A stretch of 64,000 bases of DNA from an uncultured Hormoscilla sp. GTDB taxonomy: Bacteria; Cyanobacteriota; Cyanobacteriia; Cyanobacteriales; Desertifilaceae. The stretch is from positions 224,001 through 288,000 of the forward strand of contig OZ001293.3 of NCBI GenBank assembly GCA_963921275.4, read 5' to 3'. Every line of letters starts with the position of its first letter. The first letter of the stretch is position 1. The notes under the pieces were generated by a model. That model was not told the origin of the DNA. It did not search any database and saw only the letters and a list, made by a program, of their open reading frames with translations. Shown here piece by piece: positions 1 through 10,120 of the stretch. Position numbers and translations under genes: made by a program.

Positions 1-140
1 CGCGGGTTGGATAGTGACTGTCGCGGGTTGAGCAGTGACCTGTGCGGGTTAGGTAGTGGACTGTGCGGGTTGGATAGTGACTGTCGCGGGTTGGATAGTG
101 GACTGTGCGGGTTGGATAGTGGACTGTGCGGGTTGAGTAA
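1..140. repeat. 21-bp tandem repeat (~6.5 copies, consensus GGACTGTGCGGGTTGGATAGT), cut by the window edge
   Basis: Near-identical 21-nt units directly visible; heptapeptide periodicity in ORF 7..240. Confidence 0.85.
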
Positions 141-259
141 CGACCGGAGTTCGGAAAGTAGCACAACTGGCCCGGATTACTCGACTTTTCCTCAGTCGCG
201 CAATTTTGATTCCCGATTGGAGGTCGTGCCGATAGAATAACAGATAAGGTAAGATAATC

Positions 260-715
260 ATGACGGACTTTATTCCACGCTCTGACGCAGAGTTCTAAAG
301 CTGGGAAGCCAACTTCGTCAACTACCTGACTGCTAATCTGAGCGAGTTAGGATTGACCCCAAATGACTTGACCATGCTAACCAACAAGCAAGGTAAGTGG
401 CAAAATACCTATAGCGATCATATTGCCGTGCAAGCTGCTGCTGAGAGTGTCCGCCAGAATAAAATTGATTCTCGCAAGGATTATGAGTCACTTCTGCGCA
501 GTCTCACCAAGCAATTGCAGGCCAACCCCAAGGTAACCGATGGGGCAGGCGCGGGGCAGCCTTGAAAATACGGGTGCCCCAGACAGTTCGCACCCGAACT
601 GCTGTGCCGACAACTCGACCTATGGGATGGGTGGATGCGAAAGATCGCCTGCGCCACTCGATTCGTTTTGTGGATAAGCAAACCCCCAACCGTCGGGCAA
701 AACCATCTGGGAAGT
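260..715 (+). pseudogene. Disrupted hypothetical protein, N-terminal part; paralog of the fragment at 21990-22322
   Basis: ATG260 MTDFIPRSDAEF, in-frame TAA, continuation as ORF 353..565, frameshift, then AVPTTRPMG..HSIRFVDKQTPNRRAKPSG matching VPTTRPIV..HTLRFFDETTPNRRAKPAG at ~22000. Confidence 0.65.
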
Positions 716-835
716 TAGCCAATTTACAGGGCTAACTCTACCTGCTCGCCCTTTTGGACCCAGCGTGTCAGCCGGATTACGCTGGTTAATAATTACGAGG
801 CTGACAACAGTAGCTACCACGCTCGACACTCCATA
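716..835 (-). mobile_element. Group II intron domain I fragment
   Basis: Minus strand AACCAGCGTAATCCGGCTGACACGCTGGGTCCAAAAGGG resembles AACCAGTGAAATAAGGCTGACACACTGGCCCAAAAGGG of the intron at 43747. Confidence 0.55.
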
Positions 836-1017
836 ATCATAAAAATTAAGCCAATTCCCCGACCAGGCCCAATCCCAATAATTTGTCCCACACTCTTTGC
901 TAATAAACCACCGGTGGCCCTTAAGGGTTCTCAGACTCGATCCGCTAAAGGTCCAGCAATCAGATATCCCAGTGGCAAGGATGAACTAGCAATCATCCGT
1001 CTGGTTGCAAAGACGGA
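836..1017 (-). pseudogene. MFS transporter C-terminal fragment
   Basis: Minus-strand translation VFATRRMIASSSLPLGYLIAGPLADRV*EPLRATGGLLAKSVGQIIGIGPGRGIGLIF with an internal stop. Confidence 0.6.
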
Positions 1018-1047
1018 TCAAGGCACTCTAAATAGCTGGTCAACTGG

Positions 1048-1506
1048 TCAACTGGTCACTAGCTGAAGAATTGCCACATCAAACTCACCGACAGGTGTGA
1101 GAGATATTTGGCGACGGTCTCCAGATGCATGGGCCAGACAGATGCCCAGATAGCTGGATGGCTTATAGGGTAGTCTGTCAGCCCACTCAATGGCCGCAAT
1201 GCCCAAGGGAAACTCTACACCCTCCCAGTAGGCTTCTGGGTGCAAGGCGGCTACTTCTGCTGGTTGTAACCGGTACAAATCCAGGTGGTACAGGGGCAGG
1301 CGTCCCTCTAGATACTCATTAATCAGGGTGAAGGTCGGACTATCAATATTTTCAGTAATGCCCAGTCCAGCACCTATAGCCTGAACCAGAGTAGTTTTGC
1401 CAGACCCGAAGTCTCCTTCTAGGAGAATTACGCTACCAGCAGGCAGACTGCGCCCCAGGGCTATACCGAGGCTGTGCGTCGCTTCTGAATCGAAAACTGT
1501 AATCAT
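1048..1506 (-). CDS. tsaE: tRNA threonylcarbamoyladenosine biosynthesis ATPase TsaE
   Basis: LLEGDFGSGKTT, SPTFTLINEY, HLDLYRL and IEWA motifs; start moved to ATG1506 because the upstream ORF extension is intron D6. Confidence 0.93.
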   Translation of the reverse strand: MITVFDSEATHSLGIALGRSLPAGSVILLEGDFGSGKTTLVQAIGAGLGITENIDSPTFTLINEYLEGRLPLYHLDLYRLQPAEVAALHPEAYWEGVEFPLGIAAIEWADRLPYKPSSYLGICLAHASGDRRQISLTPVGEFDVAILQLVTS

Positions 1507-1520
1507 TGATATTACATGCT

Positions 1521-1738
1521 GTTCGGGGTCCGGTTGGGAATCGCTTCCCAACCGGACCTTTCGGAACCATGCGTGCGACTTTCACCGCACCAGGCTACTT
1601 GTGGGTAGTAGGGCCCTGTCATTGGTAGGTAACTTTTGGATTACTCCCGTTGTCCCTTGCCTCATGGGATTTGGTCCCTGTTCCCATTTCTGGGCTAGCG
1701 TTCCGTGTTTGACTACGTTAGGCTATAACATGTCGCAC
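1521..1738 (-). mobile_element. 218-nt internally deleted group II intron (5' end + distal D4 + D5 + D6)
   Basis: Starts GTGCGAC; D5 AGTAGCCTGTGCGGTGAAAGTCGCACGCATGGTTC; D6 hairpin ending CCCCGAAC; 5' 47 nt match the start of intron 27323. Confidence 0.85.
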
Positions 1739-1742
1739 ATAA

Positions 1743-3095
1743 TTATTTATCTTGTTCGTACCACCTCATTAGCACCTGGGCCAGTCGGTGGGGGTTGTGA
1801 CGGATAAAGCCAGTGTGCTCGTCCTCATCCATCACATTACTCTGGATAATCCAGCGTCCTAAGTCCCGTACTGCCTCTCGGTCTAAGAACACGGGATGAG
1901 AATTTTCTCTGGCATAGCGAACCAGGGCTTGGCCAGACGGGCTATCCTTTTGCACCAGTACGGCGCTGAATAAGGGCTTACCTACAGCGCGATCGATCGC
2001 CCGGATATGGTCGGAAACAGTATATCCGGTGGTCTCCCCCGCTTGGGTCATGATATTGCAGATATAGACGATCGGGACTTGCTGGCAGGCGATCGCCTCT
2101 GCGATTTCGGGCACCAGCAAATTAGGAATCACGCTAGTATAGAGGCTACCAGGACCGATGATCATATAATCGGCTTCTTTAATGGCCTCGATCGCCGCTG
2201 GCAAAGCCGGGGGTTCCGCAGGGGTACAGCCAATTTTGACAATTTTTCCCCCAGCGTCGGTAATGCGAGATTCTCCCTCTATCCGCCGCCCGTCTGCTAA
2301 CTCCGCCCAGAGGTTAACATCAGTCAGGGTAGCTGGGAGAACCTGACCCCGCACGGCCAAGACTTGGGAACTAGCGGCGCAAGCCTGTTCCAAATCTCCA
2401 GTAATCTCACTCATGGCCGTCAGGAACAGATTGCCAAAACTGTGGCCCACCAGCCCATCACCAGCCTGAAAGCGGTATTGAAACAACTCAGTTAATAACT
2501 TTTCCTCATCGGCCAAAGCTGCCAAGCAATTGCGAATATCCCCTGGGGGCTGCACCCCAACCTCCCGCCGCAGTCTCCCAGAAGACCCGCCATCATCCGC
2601 TACCGTGACGATCGCTGTTATATTAGCACTGTAGAACTTCAGACCTCTGAGTAAAGTAGACAGACCAGTGCCACCACCAATTGCCACTATCTTCGGGCCT
2701 CGGTTTAACCGGCGATGGTTGAGCAGCACATCCACAAGTTCTTCATCTCCTGGTGGCATTAACACCTGGGTGATGGAAGTCAGGGTGCGATTTTGCCCCC
2801 AGAAAATCAACAGGAGGCCGCAGATGAGGGCGATCGGTCCGCTGATATAGTTTGGTACGATCTTAGCAATCTGCCCCAGTACGTTCTCAATCAGTTGCAG
2901 CAGGTAAAAAATCGGGGTCTGCTTCGTCCAAATGGCTAAACCAAGACTCGTCAGCAAGACACCGCCAGCACTTAACAGCAACCAGCGCTTTACCAGTAAG
3001 CCTGGGGACAACCACTTAAACCACTGGTTCAGGCGATGGGCGGAACTACTTCCTTTGAGGGGGTTTCTAGCTTGTTTGAGTAAACGAAATGGCAT
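1743..3095 (-). CDS. YvcK/UPF0052 (gluconeogenesis factor) family protein with N-terminal TM segments
   Basis: [44 protein letters not shown] motifs. Confidence 0.9.
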   Translation of the reverse strand: MPFRLLKQARNPLKGSSSAHRLNQWFKWLSPGLLVKRWLLLSAGGVLLTSLGLAIWTKQTPIFYLLQLIENVLGQIAKIVPNYISGPIALICGLLLIFWGQNRTLTSITQVLMPPGDEELVDVLLNHRRLNRGPKIVAIGGGTGLSTLLRGLKFYSANITAIVTVADDGGSSGRLRREVGVQPPGDIRNCLAALADEEKLLTELFQYRFQAGDGLVGHSFGNLFLTAMSEITGDLEQACAASSQVLAVRGQVLPATLTDVNLWAELADGRRIEGESRITDAGGKIVKIGCTPAEPPALPAAIEAIKEADYMIIGPGSLYTSVIPNLLVPEIAEAIACQQVPIVYICNIMTQAGETTGYTVSDHIRAIDRAVGKPLFSAVLVQKDSPSGQALVRYARENSHPVFLDREAVRDLGRWIIQSNVMDEDEHTGFIRHNPHRLAQVLMRWYEQDK

Positions 3096-3266
3096 TTGAC
3101 GCTTGTTGGCAGGGGATATATTCTCGGTAGCTGCATTCTAGATCCTAGAGGTTAGTGGTCAGTGGTCAGTTGTTAGTTGTTAATTGAATGGGAACTGAGA
3201 ACTGGTAACTGGGAACCGGTAACTGGTAGTCGCGCTGATGTCAGGATAGGTTAGGTGGTATTATCT

Positions 3267-4049
3267 ATGGCTGAACCTTTGATTGAACTGCGGGGAATTT
3301 CTCAGACTTTTGGTGAAAATAAGGTATTGGATAACTTAGATCTAACCATTTATCGGGAAGAAGCCTTGGCAATCATTGGTCCGTCGGGGACGGGAAAATC
3401 GACGATTTTGCGGATTATTGCTGGGTTGCATGTTCCTGATAGTGGCGAAATCTATGTAGATGGCAAGCAACGCCTGGGGTTAGTCGGTGATGTAGAAGAC
3501 CCGATTACTATTGGCATGGTGTTTCAACAAGCGGCTTTATTTGACTCTTTAACTGTTGAGGAAAATGTGGGCTTTCTCCTTTACCAAAATTCTCAATTGC
3601 CCCGTCGGAAAATAAGGGAGTTGGTCAATGAAAAGCTGGAAATGGTCGGGTTGCCCGGAATAGGCGATCGCTTCCCGGCCCAGCTATCGGGGGGGATGCG
3701 CAAGCGGGTGAGTTTTGCCCGCGCGATCATGACTAACCCGACTCATCCCAAAGATTCCCCAGAAGTGATATTATATGATGAGCCAACAGCCGGTCTAGAC
3801 CCGATCGCCTCAACGGTGATCGAGGATTTAATCCGCCAGTTGCAGTCAGCAGAGGGGGGCTGTAGCTCTTACGTCATGGTTACCCACCAAGATAGCACTA
3901 TCCGTCGCACAGCCGATCGAATTGTCTTCATGCACCAAGGGAAAGCGAAGTGGGAAGGGACAGTTGATGAGATTGATACCACCGACAATCCCTGGGTGCG
4001 ACAATTTGCGAGTGGCAGTGTGGATGGTCCGATCAAGGTAGCCCGCTAA
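3267..4049 (+). CDS. ABC transporter ATP-binding protein, MlaF/TGD3-like
   Basis: GPSGTGKS, LSGGMRKRV, LYDEPTAGLDP; next to an MlaD gene. Confidence 0.9.
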   Translation: MAEPLIELRGISQTFGENKVLDNLDLTIYREEALAIIGPSGTGKSTILRIIAGLHVPDSGEIYVDGKQRLGLVGDVEDPITIGMVFQQAALFDSLTVEENVGFLLYQNSQLPRRKIRELVNEKLEMVGLPGIGDRFPAQLSGGMRKRVSFARAIMTNPTHPKDSPEVILYDEPTAGLDPIASTVIEDLIRQLQSAEGGCSSYVMVTHQDSTIRRTADRIVFMHQGKAKWEGTVDEIDTTDNPWVRQFASGSVDGPIKVAR

Positions 4050-4185
4050 AATGAGACTGGAAAATTACCCGTGGCGGTGTCTCCTGAGAGCTCGATGTTT
4101 CCTGGGAACTCGATGTCTCATTGGTTTACAGACGCTCTCTGTGGAACTCGTCCTGAACGAAGAAGTCACCGCCCGATTCAGTCCG

Positions 4186-4237
4186 CGGTGTCTGGAGCAT
4201 GCCGAGTCCTGAAGGACTCGGCATGCTCCAGACACCG
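4186..4237. repeat. Perfect hairpin with 25-bp arms; related copy inside the ftsL-like gene at 7485-7537
   Basis: CGGTGTCTGGAGCATGCCGAGTCCT-GA-AGGACTCGGCATGCTCCAGACACCG. Confidence 0.85.
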
Positions 4238-4297
4238 AGATGCTGTCACCTGCCCAAAATGACAGATGCGTGTTTCAAGTCACTGGAAATTAATTTG

Positions 4298-4590
4298 ATG
4301 ATCCAAGCCACCTATCAGACACGGCTACCCGACGAACTCGTTCCCTTTGCGGAACGGATGAGTTTGTTAATGTCCGACGTAGAACGTCATCTCTATCAGG
4401 ACTTGAAGGCTGGTCGGGCATTGAAAGACTTGAAGCGTGAGGATCAGCTACGATTCGGCATCAATGCTCGTCAGTTCAACTCAGTGCATTCTGTTCTCAA
4501 AGGGAAGATTCGCAGCCGCAAGGAGTGTCACAAGCTACAAATCAAAGAGCTGAAGTCACGCCTCAGTGACTTAAAAAAGCGGATAAAACT
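4298..4590 (+). pseudogene. IS200/IS605 accessory TnpB-related protein, N-terminal remnant
   Basis: ATYQTRL..LKRE..RFGINARQFNS..LKGKI recalled as the N-terminus of that family; truncated between the mlaF-like and mlaD-like genes. Confidence 0.5.
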
Positions 4591-4659
4591 GTTCGATCCA
4601 CGTCCTATAACTTTCTATAGGTTTTTAGGAACGGTGCTGATAGCGAGTGAGGCAATGAT

Positions 4660-5973
4660 ATGCGCAAGCAAATGGTTCGAGAAGGCACAACAGGTCTGAT
4701 GATCCTGGCAGGAATCGGTGTTTTTGGGATCCTGTTTCTGTGGTTGCGGGGCTTTGGTTTTGGTCAAGGCAGCTATGAAACGGTGGTTGAGTTTGAGGAC
4801 GTTGGCAGGATGCGAGTGGGGGCGATAGTCAGGTATCGCGGCGTACAAGTGGGCAGAATCATCAAAATCGCTCCTAAACCCAATAGTGTGGATGTAACTC
4901 TGGAAATTAGTCCGGCAGAGATAATCATCCCCAGTGATGTTTTGATAGAAGCAAATCAGTCGGGGATAGTCGGAGAAACTTCTGTAGACATCATACCTCG
5001 GAAAGCTTTACCAACGAGTGCCCAAATCACTAGCCCTCTCGACCTTAACTGCGATCGCAGTGTCATTATCTGTGACGGCGCGCGTCTGCAAGGTGAAACG
5101 GGAATCAGTTATCATGAACTGCTGCGCTCTACCATAAAAGCGAGCGATATGCTTGCCAACCCAGAGTTCTTTACTAAACTAGACAGGGCGGTTGAACAGA
5201 TAGGAAATGCTGCTGATGGTGTTAATCAGCTGACTGGCGATATTTCCAAATTGACTATATCTGTGGATAAACAACTGAATACTTTCTCGGAAACGGCTCA
5301 AACTATGGGGAAAGCCGCCGATCGAATTAGCGTCTCAGCAGCTGAACTGACAGATAAACTTACTATCTCAACCGCTCAGCTCACCGATAGACTTAACACT
5401 ACTACGGCTCAAGCAAATAAACTATTAGCTAACATGAACGATCTGGTTTCGAGTAATCGTTCTAGTCTAGTAAATACTCTCAATAATATCCAACAAACTA
5501 GCGAGGAACTCCGGGTTGCGGTTAACAGCTTGACGCCGATTATTAACAAGGTTGAACAGGGTGATTTGGTGGCTAACCTAGAGGTTCTATCTAGTAATGC
5601 CGCTGAGGCGTCAGTCAATTTTCGGGATATCTCTAAGGAAATAAATAATCCGACGAATGTGCTGATGATGCAACAAACTCTGGATTCAGCTCGTGCTACT
5701 TTTCAGAATTTCCAGAAAATTACCTCGGATATGGAAGAACTAACAGGAGATCCGGTTTTCCGCAATAACCTCCGCAATCTTGTTAATGGACTGAGTGGTC
5801 TGGTTTCTCAAACGAAACAATTACAACAGCAAGCTGAGGTTATCCAAAGGCCCGATCGCCTAAATCAGGAGAGCAAAAGTACCGTTGCTGCTGAAATAGG
5901 AGAACAGGAGATGATAGAACCAGAAATTGTGAATGGCGTTCCCAGGCGGGAGCCAGGGAATGAGGTGAATTGA
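4660..5973 (+). CDS. MlaD/MCE family protein (Ycf22/TGD2-like)
   Basis: N-terminal TM, VRYRGVQVGRI MCE motif, long helical C-terminus. Confidence 0.88.
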   Translation: MRKQMVREGTTGLMILAGIGVFGILFLWLRGFGFGQGSYETVVEFEDVGRMRVGAIVRYRGVQVGRIIKIAPKPNSVDVTLEISPAEIIIPSDVLIEANQSGIVGETSVDIIPRKALPTSAQITSPLDLNCDRSVIICDGARLQGETGISYHELLRSTIKASDMLANPEFFTKLDRAVEQIGNAADGVNQLTGDISKLTISVDKQLNTFSETAQTMGKAADRISVSAAELTDKLTISTAQLTDRLNTTTAQANKLLANMNDLVSSNRSSLVNTLNNIQQTSEELRVAVNSLTPIINKVEQGDLVANLEVLSSNAAEASVNFRDISKEINNPTNVLMMQQTLDSARATFQNFQKITSDMEELTGDPVFRNNLRNLVNGLSGLVSQTKQLQQQAEVIQRPDRLNQESKSTVAAEIGEQEMIEPEIVNGVPRREPGNEVN

Positions 5974-6087
5974 AAATTGTTGAAGAGAAAATTGAAGATT
6001 ATTGATGATGTCGATTCGCAATTCGCAATCCTACTGAGGTTTGTAGTGAGGACTTCCGTCCTCACTACAAACCTCAGAAAAATCGGG

Positions 6088-6387
6088 CTAACTCAAATCC
6101 TCTTGCTGTGTTTCTCCCTTTTTGTAAACAGTACCTTTGGCATGCAGAAGGCGCGTGCGATCAAACAGCTGATCTTCTGTCAAATTCCACTGCTGGAGAA
6201 CTCGATCTAAGTCTGTTTGAATTTCTCTGGCTCCGGGAAAACCATGATAGCGAATTCTCAGGCGGGCTAGCTCGGCTAAATTGTAATCTATTGGTTCTTT
6301 TGCTTCCAGTAACTGATTCAGGATCTGGCGATCGTTTTTTTCTTGAGGATGCTGTTGATCGCGATCGGCTGATGAGGAGTTAGTCAT
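6088..6387 (-). CDS. Conserved cyanobacterial protein, DUF3288-like
   Basis: DQQHPQ..DR..LAELARLRIRYHGFPGAREIQ motif. Confidence 0.75.
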   Translation of the reverse strand: MTNSSSADRDQQHPQEKNDRQILNQLLEAKEPIDYNLAELARLRIRYHGFPGAREIQTDLDRVLQQWNLTEDQLFDRTRLLHAKGTVYKKGETQQEDLS

Positions 6388-6620
6388 GTTAATTAGCAGT
6401 AAGTAAGAATAATTGCGAATTGTGCAGGTAAACTTGTTAATTGTTCCCGATCGCATGGCAATTAGCAATTAGCTGGCGCGTCCATGATGGGCAACCAGTA
6501 TCACTTGCCGATGTCTCCCGAGTTTTCGCCGTGCGTCCAGGAGACATCGGAATGAGTGATAATATTTTAGATCGCCCATGTCAAGTGATACTGCCGAGAG
6601 AATATGATAAGATCTGGGCT

Positions 6621-7190
6621 GTGCGAATCGTTTTGGCGTAAGTCTGAAATATGGCGATCGCCGGGCTAGTTAATACCAGCAACTCTGGTCATCATGGGGG
6701 TTCAATTCCCCTTCCCCCAGGTACGGGGGTGACCGCGTGAGGTGCTGCGGAGTAACATTACCGTGGTGCCTCCCGAGGACAAATGTAGGATAAGGTCTCA
6801 GCCCAGAGACCGACGCCGCATGGCTGCGCCACGCTGCGCGATCGGAAAGAGGCTCATGGTTAGAGCAAGCGAATCCCTGTAAGCATCGTCATCTTAAACA
6901 AGCGAAAAGAGGCTGACACGCTTGGTGCAAAATGCGCACGCAGTCCGCGTATCAGTGGTTGCACGTCACTGATATCGTACCCGAAATGACTGCCGGTGTA
7001 TAGGGGAGACCTAAAAGCCTCGTGAAATGATACCAGGGAACGTTCCGGACAAGAGCGGTGCTGTCCAGATGGACAAGTCAGATGTGCGTCCGCGTAGCGT
7101 GCGCGCAGCGCCTAGCGCATGCCCGCGTGGGGAGGGAGGTCCTAAGAAGCTAATGCCCGGGGTAATGCCTGTGGATATGCAGACGTAGGG
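6621..7190 (+). mobile_element. Group II intron, 3'-truncated (approx. D1-D3; no D5/D6)
   Basis: Starts GTGCGAATCG; collinear with the introns at 27323 and 41385 (CCCCCAGGTACGGGGGTGAC, AAATGTAGGATAA, GAAGCTAATGCCCGGGGTAATGCC). Confidence 0.8.
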
Positions 7191-7274
7191 TTTCTACCTC
7201 ATACTCGATGTTCTAGGCGGAAAGTATGTAAAATTGCTAAACGCGAAAAACAAACTACAAGTTAGCCAATAATC

Positions 7275-7919
7275 ATGGTTGCTCTGAAATCAACAATATC
7301 TACCCCGCGACGGGGTGGTGCCCGCAAACCGCTTCGATGTCTCCCGAACGCACGGCGAAAACCCGGGAGAGTTCGCCTTGCGGTTGTCCGGTCAGAAAAA
7401 TATGTAAAACCGGTGCGGGATGACCTCAGCCTGGACAGGGCCAGGGTACGGTTCCCGAAAAATCGGACAGTCACCTCTAACCTTCGGCGTCTTCCGCACG
7501 CTCTTGTCCTGAAGGACGCGGCGTGCTACAGACGCCGATCGCTAATCACCAGTCACCAGCAAACACCAAACTGGTTGCGCATGCTGATCGGACTAGAACG
7601 TTGTGTCTCGGTGGTGACGATCGCCCTAGGGGCAGCTACAGTCACAGTTTATGGCTTGACGGTCTCTTCTGGACAACAGTGGAGCCGAGACTATAATAGC
7701 CTGCAAAGTCTACAACGCTACGAGCGGCAGCTGAGAGTGGCGAATGAATTGCTGAAAAATCAAATGGCTGAGCAAGCGGAAAATCCCGATACGGGTCTGG
7801 TGCCTCAAAATCCTACTAATACCATTTTTATCCCCCCAGCATCAGAGCGCCTTTCATCCGCAATCAGTCCAGTTCCTTCTACTACGGCTAGCAAACTCAC
7901 TATGCCTCTGGGATACTAA
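7275..7919 (+). CDS. FtsL-like cell division protein carrying two palindromic inserts
   Basis: Single TM plus coiled coil (LQSLQRYERQL..NELLK) directly upstream of ftsI. Confidence 0.6.
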   Translation: MVALKSTISTPRRGGARKPLRCLPNARRKPGRVRLAVVRSEKYVKPVRDDLSLDRARVRFPKNRTVTSNLRRLPHALVLKDAACYRRRSLITSHQQTPNWLRMLIGLERCVSVVTIALGAATVTVYGLTVSSGQQWSRDYNSLQSLQRYERQLRVANELLKNQMAEQAENPDTGLVPQNPTNTIFIPPASERLSSAISPVPSTTASKLTMPLGY

Positions 7920-8111
7920 GATGAAGATGGTTAGTTGTGGGTGGTCAGTTGTCAGTTGTTTCTTCCGTGGAGCATGTTAGTTGTTAGCACCATACTAACA
8001 TGCTCCCTCAAGTTAAGCGTAAGGTGGGCGATCGCCCACCTACTCAGGGTAAGCGCAAGAATCAATAAGTGGCATACTACTGGATAAAAATTAACAATTA
8101 GTATTAGTAAG

Positions 8112-9917
8112 ATGACTAGCAAAAATTACGATCGCCCACTGCGGCGGACCAGAAAAGAACGGCAGCCAGAACGGAGATACCAGTTATCATCCCGTTGGAG
8201 ATTGTTTCTGGTTTGGCTGATATTAATGGGGGCAATTTCGAGTCTGATGGCGAACTTGTTCCGCTTGCAAGTAATTCAAAGCCCGGTGCTGCGAGCTAAA
8301 GCGATCGCGCAACGGACCTCAGAGGACGGTCCCGTGCCTCGACGCCCGATAGTTGACCGCAATGGCGTGGTTTTGGCGATCGATCAGCCCGCCTATACTC
8401 TGTACGCTCATCCTAAGTTGTTTAAGCAAAAGCTAGAGACGATCGCCCATAGGGTGGCCCCGATCGTCAAGCGCCCTGCTGCCAAGTTGTTCGCACAATT
8501 GGGTACAGCCCCGAGTGGTATTATGATCGAATATGCTTTAACTGAGGATCTCGCTCATCGGATTACAAGCTTGCAAATTGATGGACTAGAGCTAGTTTCA
8601 CATCAGCAGCGCCTTTACCCACAAGGGGATCTGTTTGCTGAGGTGGTCGGTTATGTGGATGTGGATCTTCAAGGTCGAGCAGGTGTAGAAGCTGTTCATC
8701 AGAATTTATTGGAACGCTCTATTAAACCAATATGGCTGAACCGTGCTGGTGATGGTTCGATTTTACCAGATCAATTGCCTGCGGGATTTTTGGATACAGA
8801 TGAATTACAACTGGCGCTGACTCTCGATAGTCGCTTGCAACGGATCACCCGATCGACCCTGAAGCGACAGATGGAGAAATTCAAAGCTAAGCGAGGCACT
8901 GTTATTGTTATGGATGCCACTGATGGTGCTTTGCTGTCTTTGGTGGTTGAGCCTAATTATGATTCTAATCTTTACTATAAATCCCCAATTGAGTTGTTGA
9001 AGAATTGGGCCATCAGCGATCTATATGAACCTGGTTCTACTTTTAAACCTGTCAATGTGGCGATCGCCCTGGAGTCAAAGGCGATCGCACCTGGTAGCAC
9101 CTTCTATGATGAAGGTCAACTGCACATTGATAACTGGCCGATTCAAAACCATGATTTCACCTCTGGGGTGAGTAGAAGAAAGTTGAATGTTATTCAAATT
9201 ATGCAATATTCCAGCAATGTGGGCATGGTTCATATCATGGAAAAGTTGCCTTCAGCAGTTTATTATAATTGGCTAAAACGACTGGGACTGGGGGAAAACA
9301 TTGGCATTGACTTGCCCGGTGAAATGTCAGGTCAGATTAAGACTAAAGCTCAGTTTACTGGTTCACCTGTTGAACCAGCTACTACTGCTTTTGGTCAGGG
9401 ATTTTCTTTGACTCCCCTTCAGCTGGCACAAATTCAAGCTATCCTAGCTAATGGTGGCTACTTGGTGACACCTCATGTGGTACGGGGACTATTCGATAGC
9501 AAGGGACAAGCCCATTGGCAGACTCAGCTACCGCCACCAAAGCAAATCTTCTCTTTCCAAACGACTCAAACTGTCCTGGAAATGATGGAAAATGTTGTCA
9601 GTCAGGGAACTGGTAAGGCGGCCCAAATTCCTAACTATCGCATTGCTGGTAAAACGGGTACGGCTCAGAAAGCTCATCCCCAGGGTGGCTATTACGATCG
9701 CGCTAAAATCACTAGCTTTGTGGGTATTTTGCCTGTCAACCTTCCCCCAGATCCGGGTGATGGCGATCGGGCTTCTCGGCCAGCCCGCCGCTATGTGGTT
9801 TTGGCTGTGATTGATGAACCGATCGGGGATGATGCTTATGGCAGTACTGTCGCTGCCCCGATCGTCAAGTCCGTCATGGAATCTTTGATTACTATTGCAC
9901 AGATTTCACCCCGATAG
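8112..9917 (+). CDS. ftsI: Class B penicillin-binding protein FtsI/PBP3
   Basis: YEPGSTFK (SxxK), SSN, KTGTAQK motifs; N-terminal TM. Confidence 0.9.
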   Translation: MTSKNYDRPLRRTRKERQPERRYQLSSRWRLFLVWLILMGAISSLMANLFRLQVIQSPVLRAKAIAQRTSEDGPVPRRPIVDRNGVVLAIDQPAYTLYAHPKLFKQKLETIAHRVAPIVKRPAAKLFAQLGTAPSGIMIEYALTEDLAHRITSLQIDGLELVSHQQRLYPQGDLFAEVVGYVDVDLQGRAGVEAVHQNLLERSIKPIWLNRAGDGSILPDQLPAGFLDTDELQLALTLDSRLQRITRSTLKRQMEKFKAKRGTVIVMDATDGALLSLVVEPNYDSNLYYKSPIELLKNWAISDLYEPGSTFKPVNVAIALESKAIAPGSTFYDEGQLHIDNWPIQNHDFTSGVSRRKLNVIQIMQYSSNVGMVHIMEKLPSAVYYNWLKRLGLGENIGIDLPGEMSGQIKTKAQFTGSPVEPATTAFGQGFSLTPLQLAQIQAILANGGYLVTPHVVRGLFDSKGQAHWQTQLPPPKQIFSFQTTQTVLEMMENVVSQGTGKAAQIPNYRIAGKTGTAQKAHPQGGYYDRAKITSFVGILPVNLPPDPGDGDRASRPARRYVVLAVIDEPIGDDAYGSTVAAPIVKSVMESLITIAQISPR

Positions 9918-10060
9918 AAGAATGCAACTCCAAAGAAAATAGAATACAATACCTCGTTCCCTGCCTTCGTCAGGGAACGTCTTCCGGAGGCTCCCGCCTC
10001 CTGTGCTGACGCGAGGCAGAGCCTCTGGAAAACGTTGCTAGCTAGAAACTAGCAACGAGG

Positions 10061-10120
10061 AAAGTTCGTTGTTGCGCTTTAGCGCAACCCACGTCGCGCT
10101 AAAGCGCAACAACGAACTTT
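10061..10120. terminator. Inverted-repeat hairpin between convergent ftsI and yyaL (REP-derived, possible bidirectional terminator)
   Basis: AAAGTTCGTTGTTGCGCTTTAGCGC..GCGCTAAAGCGCAACAACGAACTTT. Confidence 0.5.

Noticed and set aside
1507..1551. N-terminal extension of TsaE
   Set aside because: Mostly derived from intron D6 sequence
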